From: Candidatus Woesebacteria bacterium
GTDB lineage: Bacteria; Patescibacteriota; Microgenomatia; UBA8517
DNA: 64,000 nt
Assembly: GCA_963716475.1 (NCBI GenBank)
Contig: OY970314.1
Coordinates: 787,865 to 851,864 of the forward strand
Direction of reading: 5' to 3'
The notes under the pieces were generated by a model. The model searched no databases, had not been told where the DNA came from, and saw nothing but the letters and a program-made list of their open reading frames with translations. A program made the translations under genes and the position numbers. Below, one piece after another: positions 59,901 through 64,000 of this stretch (within the stretch, counting starts at the first letter, position 1; the number at the start of each line of letters is the position of its first letter).

Positions 59901-59953
59901 TCCTGCCTGGTACATTGATCAAGAGTTTTGGGTGGAGCCAAATATTTCGCCAT
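53915..59953 (-). CDS. Giant 2012-aa membrane protein with C-terminal Ig-like and M23 peptidase domains
   Basis: Long P/T/E/Q-rich region, G/A-rich hydrophobic region, TM, ITYTITV Ig-like strand, M23 motifs H....NAID, YGHL, GPHLHF. Confidence 0.85.
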   Translation of the reverse strand: MAKYLAPPKTLDQCTRQDLQGLIHGTEQVFKSDLFGEGENRSLDESFTTIDGKYHWPSNKDFFVYITDLTKTSDIRSASNILYRTVTSAPEYPVHPTTLTPDQLAQLQAEENLRTGKIKQTKLQAQAKVQASIEKKQALAEASKVKAAENAPEKGKETTVKQPTPQATPQVQKAKAILKPPEFKQHIPSAHPSEVVVTPGVILKQPEINRQDMRSPVNPSKSESKKLFSTQTVSDALGNAIKTAIRRQEELTGKADLQKKIRQEEAQATEEEIQESPELSREPFLAQDVFEKQPQTFTQATGESKLPSVPKPKGRFSPQQAFQNLTKTFQAAIIGKAAPKENDNPAQSVPQGAPEEIQKNPGTANIPIQPTQQVQSAWYQQPSNTQNTPNTSQPIKVAKPKKTEEAAGEEGVQPIQEEKPVAYIPTIQPIQSNRPTQPTQDVSILGTSAASQPVPEEQPMVYGTIPKAKGTPGESRQTTDEAPPKNFFEGIRKTFEKAPEKKPAPVENEGLAKEESSTREPSREKAVGHIARTEEESPQPLQPIPEEETAIYTTPPIPYEETTSVPGSVGAAGITQPVTYTPPPYLTQVTPGTPQPTITENPPFVPVTEESPQPVFEEPSVTLIPPVIPTVVVQTQEVKPTDSVVKGLGKTPQIPEPSQTPFPPTVFAPPVQFAQATVSQTPSETTPTSETPSPISEEPVVTPIPALIPVNKNAASNPKPLPTTEETGFPPSYSQLPVNEAEHSPEVGTPTSVSQINVSTTPTVPSTKLKINDRIRAFFGVKNAPIEEPLTQAKNLAPELSTTETPVAHATILQTTAPETPFSVSEMPVSDEFGASQTTSQPSPINKEKVSLPEELFGGTVAVATPPKTTSTAVKEIRIEPATETVTIPLQSNKDRTAFFNVVKAAKNDPPAFEKIVEENISSAVAKNPPLQASITPAVIGKTAQDFTLRMVDAGKNINTVEDLPKEIASPINPVAYFSAVADARDPGLKNIIPDTEERVKFASAAKTAADVANTQYQTNTALLKTFLPENVVVAAYGPEEATQFKIAENQENQSLPAINISDVHSFGNSVTTITSQVEIGQIEPPSVLPKMSMPANYPGKMSESAKQTSVLLDKVVLPEVKPVVLNVEPSAVAVAVAAPTLTPYVSLSGQPIETSPTSESITSVPLLFTRQAGPTAELPEEKMVIPEQPTISEGAKEKLEEAISRQKDIQEPLTGKKIYARVEISKEAPPPSESTIKFIEEAKNYPASFEKDLAESIKAKITPELSKKLTPEQIDFIVKKTAFDTVSAINNFPAQSSANTQSAILGALAEDSKILPKLVAETNTAELLKKASADLGHFKNSAQLSKNILSSIDENLAVSVFGTGPENLKVSFLGQPNEGYTHEIDLGQLNEGYTNLLESQSDVLDNIGSFASDKAKSLLTGRARDFLDSKIANLPADSAISKFYNSELGQQVLSSAGFSKTTPIGESPLGGLIQKIPGGSNFLEGLGDVLGIDLIGAAAPAEIAEASLLVTEGTALVEEAAVVEGGTLLAEGATGIVAAEGLATGIETEAVTKLLTPVVGKAAASAATKAAVSVVGKGTMVALNTALQTLGSWIPIIGNAIALALGWVVGKIIEKINWKKVKENGMAIGSAIIGAPMLVGGLVIGSTGLILGGITVVGVGVASTAGVTMAGVGSGIAVFFRAVGRTFLTAAVMPILIALLVIPVLVALILFIINSGAYVVPPSTPTGYLAALSNPYISVEKTANPAGPFNNSDIPTKTKITYTITVSAKKGVLTNVSFKDECKVIKTGTPPSCPSPSQGTPAAPVSISPTKPFSFTYTRSFTSHNYDNSATVNTFTVTADTTDQKGVVSAGSASIIIGAPPMECPNNAWPLANDAGINLITQGSMTPLGWTHYNTPNAIDIGVNGATIIAMHSGTISTGESACGGRWVRVASSCGGSSFSSYYGHLGSVMVGNGQRVTIGQPLGISDNTGSCTSGPHLHFQFFDTGPIPTTQKPYLKRNVPLGCTSTATCN

Positions 59954-59977
59954 TTTATTTAACCTGATGTTGCGGGT

Positions 59978-61802
59978 CTATTTCGTCTCATAAGGGTTTG
60001 TGTTTACCTTGGCAACTTCCTCGGGCTTTGTGGTAATTAATTTATTTTCTTCTTCGGAAGCAACGACCCTGATTGGTGCATGGTGTGGCCCTGCAAAAAA
60101 TATTCCCTCCCCGACATTTGCCGCCAGAAGTAATTGTTTTTCTCCTTGCGAAAGATAAAACACTTCCCCGATTTTATCTATCGCCGCAGGACTCTGTTTA
60201 AGAAGAACCTGCATGGAGCTATTTGTGACAATGGCCTTACCGATATCCTGACCCAAAAAGTCTTCAACATCCTGTGTAATTGTTGTGAGGCCAAGATAGT
60301 ATTTTCTTGCCCTTTTAACAACACTCCATAAAAATTGGGCACTATCCGGGTACTTCATCATTTGCCAGGCCTCCTCGGCGACTAGGATGCGTTTCTTGAG
60401 GTCTTTTTTGACTCTTGTCCAAATAAAATCAAGAATGATAAACATGGCGATCGGGCGAAGAGCGTCCTGCATATCCTTGACTGAAAAAACGGTGAACGGA
60501 TTATTGATGTTGATATTTGTTTGCTTGTCAAAGATTCCGACGAAAGAACCTCTCACGAATTTTTCAATTCTGGCAGCAAGGTCGAGTGCTTCCGGCATTT
60601 CCATTCCGATTAGGGTTTTATATAAATCTTCCATGAGAGGAGGCTCCCTTCCCTTGAGTGTCCGGATCTGTGGTTATTCCTTTGTTTCTGTAGGTTATAA
60701 CCAGGGCTCTGTCGAGAATAGCTTCCTGGATTGGAGTGATTTTGCCCATGATTACTTTTAAAAGAGAGTGCAGCGACAGAATTTTCTGGCCCAGCTGGTT
60801 TTCTCCTTCTTCCCTGATTTGAGCCAGATCAAAGGGATTTATTTTTGCCGGAGCATTGTAAGAGAAAGAAATATATTCTCCGCCGACAGCGGCAGTTAGA
60901 GGTTTATATTCACTTTCGGGGTCAATGACGATAACCTCCGTGCCGATCATGAGTGATCTTAAGGCCTCAAGTTTTACGAAATAAGATTTTCCGGCCCCGG
61001 ATGTCGCAAAGATCGTCATGTTTGCATTTTCAAGGCTAAATCGGTCAAAAATAATAAATGATTCATTTTGGGAATTTATACCGTACAAAACCCCGCGGTC
61101 GCTTGAAAGTTCTGTTGACGTTAGAGGAAAGGTTGTAGCAACTGAAGTTGTATCCATATTCCTTGTGACGTTTAGCCTGTCCATTCCAAACGGGGCAGTG
61201 GAAAGGAACCCGCTTTCCATGTCGAGAAGCGCGTGTTTGCTGACGATAAGGAGTGACCCAAGCTGAGACTCTACCTGTTTGGTTATGTGATTAAGCTCTT
61301 CTACCGAATTGGCGGGAATTGTAATGTAAAAACTGAATTCGAAAAATCTTTCAATTCCTTTAACGAGCTGTTCCTGGATGGCTAGGGCATCTTCGAGTTT
61401 GGCCTGGGTTACCGGGTCAACTATTTTACCGCGTTCAATGTCTGTGGACATTTCGGCTTCCATTTCCGCGATTTTTCGTCTAAGGTCGTCGAGGACGCTT
61501 TTCCCGTCAACGGGATATATATAAAAAGAAATATCGAGTGACGTATCGATATTAACTACCGGCTCAAGCCACCCGGGAGTGACGAATCTAGGGTAACCAC
61601 CCACAAAAATCGTGCGGAAATAGATATCGTTAATTTTTATATAATCAAAATCCTCATCAACCGTTTGTGGGGCAATCGCATCAAGCAAATTCATGCCCTG
61701 AGAAATTGCAAGGTTGGGATCGGTTATTTTAGGTTTAGTTTCGGCAGGGCCAATTGGCGGAACCGCCATTTGCTGCGTTTGTTTATTTGGATCTTGTTTC
61801 AT
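59978..61802 (-). pseudogene. VirB4/TraC-like ATPase split by a +1 frameshift (ORFs 60618..61802 and 59978..60634)
   Basis: Walker A ATSGAGKS, IDPESEY, INPFD in the first ORF; EEAW, RARKY, ITQDVEDF, GEG in the second; removing one base at 60646-60648 gives continuous DTQGKEPPLMEDL; could be a sequencing error. Confidence 0.8.
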
Positions 61803-61807
61803 AATTT

Positions 61808-62506
61808 TTAATTCTTGTTTTGTTCATGTTCTAACGTAACCTCCGGCTCTTTTTTTACTGCAGGGTGTTCGGGATTATAGATAGAATAGAAAAGAGCAAT
61901 CAGGTCTGCTGTTCCAAGTTGCTTGAATTTTATTCCAAGGCGCCCTGCCTGGCGGATCAGATGGTCGCGTCTTGGATAAAGAGCAATTTTTGCCTTTTTG
62001 ACAACATAGGACTCGGCGAAAGGAAGCGGTCCCGCCCGTTTTGTTATGCTGGCGACAGAGTTTCCTACCCCCAGCTCCAGCGGCGAAAAGTAGAGTACTA
62101 CAAAAAATCTTTTTCCAAGAACATTCTTCTTTTTAACCGAATCGACAACGAAGTTTTTATAATTTTGCATGAGTTTAATAAGTATCGGTCGCGTAAGTTT
62201 TTTTGCCTCTTCATCCAGAAAGCTTAGGTATGAAGACACATCCTTTCTTTGCGTAAGGACTATCAACTGGATAGCAAAGGTCAGGGAATTGATCATTGCG
62301 GCGTAAGCCGCAATAACCGCGACCTGTTCCCTTTCGGACAGAAGGCCGAAGTTTAAGGATGTAGATTCCATGACAAGAGCCGCTCCGCCATCCTTATAGA
62401 CAACGACGTCGTTTGTGATGTCGGCAATAGGAAGATGTTCCTGAGTGGTTGCGATAAGGGGTTTATCGGGAGTTGATAGAATAGGTATTTTGGGAAAATT
62501 TTTCAT
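61808..62506 (-). CDS. T4SS-associated protein resembling the VirB4/TraC N-terminal-type domain
   Basis: TQEHLPI..I, SLNFGLLSEREQ, NSLTFAIQL, FYSIYNP; lies between PrgI and VirB4. Confidence 0.7.
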   Translation of the reverse strand: MKNFPKIPILSTPDKPLIATTQEHLPIADITNDVVVYKDGGAALVMESTSLNFGLLSEREQVAVIAAYAAMINSLTFAIQLIVLTQRKDVSSYLSFLDEEAKKLTRPILIKLMQNYKNFVVDSVKKKNVLGKRFFVVLYFSPLELGVGNSVASITKRAGPLPFAESYVVKKAKIALYPRRDHLIRQAGRLGIKFKQLGTADLIALFYSIYNPEHPAVKKEPEVTLEHEQNKN

Positions 62507-62516
62507 CGTAAATTGA

Positions 62517-63599
62517 TTATTGATAATTGGCACTAAAACCGGGATCTACTGATTGAACAATTGGTTGTGGCATGCCCCCTTGATCAAAAGTAACAGAGTC
62601 CTGTATCTTTCGGCCCTCGACAAGTATGGGAGGGATTAAAGTTCCTGCCGCATCAAAACTTATGGGTGCAAATTGATAGCCGTCTTTTTCGGTTGCTATT
62701 TGGTATCTGCCGCTGTCAAGTGGAGTAACAGTAATGAAATGTCCGACCTTGTTGCTTCTCAGGGCCCGCACGGGACGCCCCATCTCATTCCTGATTTCCA
62801 TGATGGCCCCCTCGATGATCTTTCTGTTTTCATCAACCACCTGTCCGACCACAACATTAGGAGTTTCGGGAGGATTGGGGGGAGCTGCATCAACCGAGAA
62901 AATAGCCTGTTTGGTCGAAACAATTTCATCGCCGGCGACGATCGGCGCAACGTTATGAGAGGTTGCGTTGACGGATGGAGCCATTTTTGTTTTTTCCTCT
63001 ACTACCAGACGGGGTGTGTTCTGCGGCACTATTTTCATCGGAATAGAAACGGGAACACTTAAAACACTTTTTGCTTCGGTAGGGGTAGGTGCGGGAGCAG
63101 CAGGCGCGGGAGCAGGAGTTTGAGTTTTCATCCCGGCGAAAATTCCGCTAAGAGCCGCTAAAAATCCCTGCTCGGCCAGCTCAAACCTGGAGAACGGGCT
63201 AGTATTTTGTTTTGGGGTGGTAAGGTAAACCTTAAGTGCGGCTTCCTGGGTGGTGGTGCCGGATACGGTGGGAGTTTCTACAGCTTCGTCTTGGAAAAAC
63301 TTGACGGGAGAAGTGGTTTGTTTCCAAAAAAATTCTGTGGGTGAATAAATTACCTTGAAGAAAGCAAAAATCCAACGTTCAAGCGGCCTCTCCTCCAAAG
63401 GGACAAAGGCCATACCGGCGCCAAGAAGAGCAGAAAGAATCGCCAGAGGCCATTTAATAATGCCGATAAGAGGAAGGGAGTAGATAATAAATGCGATGAC
63501 TAAACCGCCGGCCAACTCAAAGAACTGCTTAAGAGTCATGTCTCCCACCAACCGGAATTGGTAGGATGATATATTTTGCGGGATTGCGTGTTGTTCCAT
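62517..63599 (-). CDS. PrgI family protein with C-terminal carboxypeptidase-regulatory-like domain
   Basis: IPQNI..YQFRLVG.MTLKQF, two TMs, RPLE.W; C-terminal GQVVDE...IEGAI.EI...GRYQI..EKDGY. Confidence 0.8.
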   Translation of the reverse strand: MEQHAIPQNISSYQFRLVGDMTLKQFFELAGGLVIAFIIYSLPLIGIIKWPLAILSALLGAGMAFVPLEERPLERWIFAFFKVIYSPTEFFWKQTTSPVKFFQDEAVETPTVSGTTTQEAALKVYLTTPKQNTSPFSRFELAEQGFLAALSGIFAGMKTQTPAPAPAAPAPTPTEAKSVLSVPVSIPMKIVPQNTPRLVVEEKTKMAPSVNATSHNVAPIVAGDEIVSTKQAIFSVDAAPPNPPETPNVVVGQVVDENRKIIEGAIMEIRNEMGRPVRALRSNKVGHFITVTPLDSGRYQIATEKDGYQFAPISFDAAGTLIPPILVEGRKIQDSVTFDQGGMPQPIVQSVDPGFSANYQ

Positions 63600-63748
63600 G
63601 CTCTTCGGCAAGGTAAAAGAGCATCAAAAGCGAAGCTTTTATGCTTTACCCTACTTTTAGAGTACGTCGTGAACGTATTGTTTCAAGCGGTAAGCCTTTT
63701 CACGCACCGTTATTTACCTTTTGCCTGCCTCCGTGCTACAATTTCGGT

Positions 63749-64000
63749 ATGCCCGACAATATGTCTCCGGAACAGTCGTCAGTCGATTTTATGAGAACGT
63801 TGGGCCAACCGGTCAAACTTCCCGGTGCTGAAGAAGCAGCAAAAGCCGCGCAAGAATTTCCTATGCCGGAAGCTACGGGTTTCATACCTGATATAAGAAT
63901 GCAAGTGCAAGAGGAGGAAGAGGATAGAAACCCTCTAAAGGAGAGGTTGGAACATGAGCGTAGATTACAAGAAATGTACAGTGAGACGGGTTCTCTGAGA
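63749..64000 (+). CDS. 3'-truncated hypothetical protein
   Basis: MPDNMSPEQSSVDF... open to the window end; TGcTACAAT 6 nt upstream. Confidence 0.6.
   Translation, partial: MPDNMSPEQSSVDFMRTLGQPVKLPGAEEAAKAAQEFPMPEATGFIPDIRMQVQEEEEDRNPLKERLEHERRLQEMYSETGSLR

Overview
A gene-dense 64 kb piece of a small bacterial chromosome (genetic code 11). Gene content and order suggest CPR/Patescibacteria, probably Microgenomates-like; this is an inference. It spans the replication origin: jag-yidC-yidD-rnpA-rpmH, then divergent dnaA-oriC-dnaN, with DnaA boxes and a DnaA-trio element. Housekeeping genes include metG, valS, groES/groEL with a CIRCE operator, a TsaC-TsaE fusion plus tsaD, rplY, RNase HI, pcrA, a UvrD-nuclease fusion, rmuC and tRNA-Cys. 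Envelope genes include several GT-C glycosyltransferases, a GT-C/PMT fusion, LCP, two FemABX, WecA/TagO, UbiA, VanW, M23 and an O-antigen ligase. Most notable: (1) a tandemly duplicated two-gene surface-protein module with near-identical flanks but completely different central domains, among LPxTG-like proteins and facing a protein O-mannosyltransferase fusion; (2) a PrgI/VirB4 type IV secretion-like operon transcribed toward oriC, with a 2012-aa membrane protein ending in an M23 peptidase and a single-base frameshift in VirB4; (3) a window-wide pattern of -10 boxes 5-8 nt before start codons, suggesting leaderless mRNAs; (4) a 9-codon synonymous 'ghost' of a GT2 gene's 3' end. All calls come from reading motifs by eye; no searches were run. 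No CRISPR array, integrase, transposase, relaxase or rRNA was seen.
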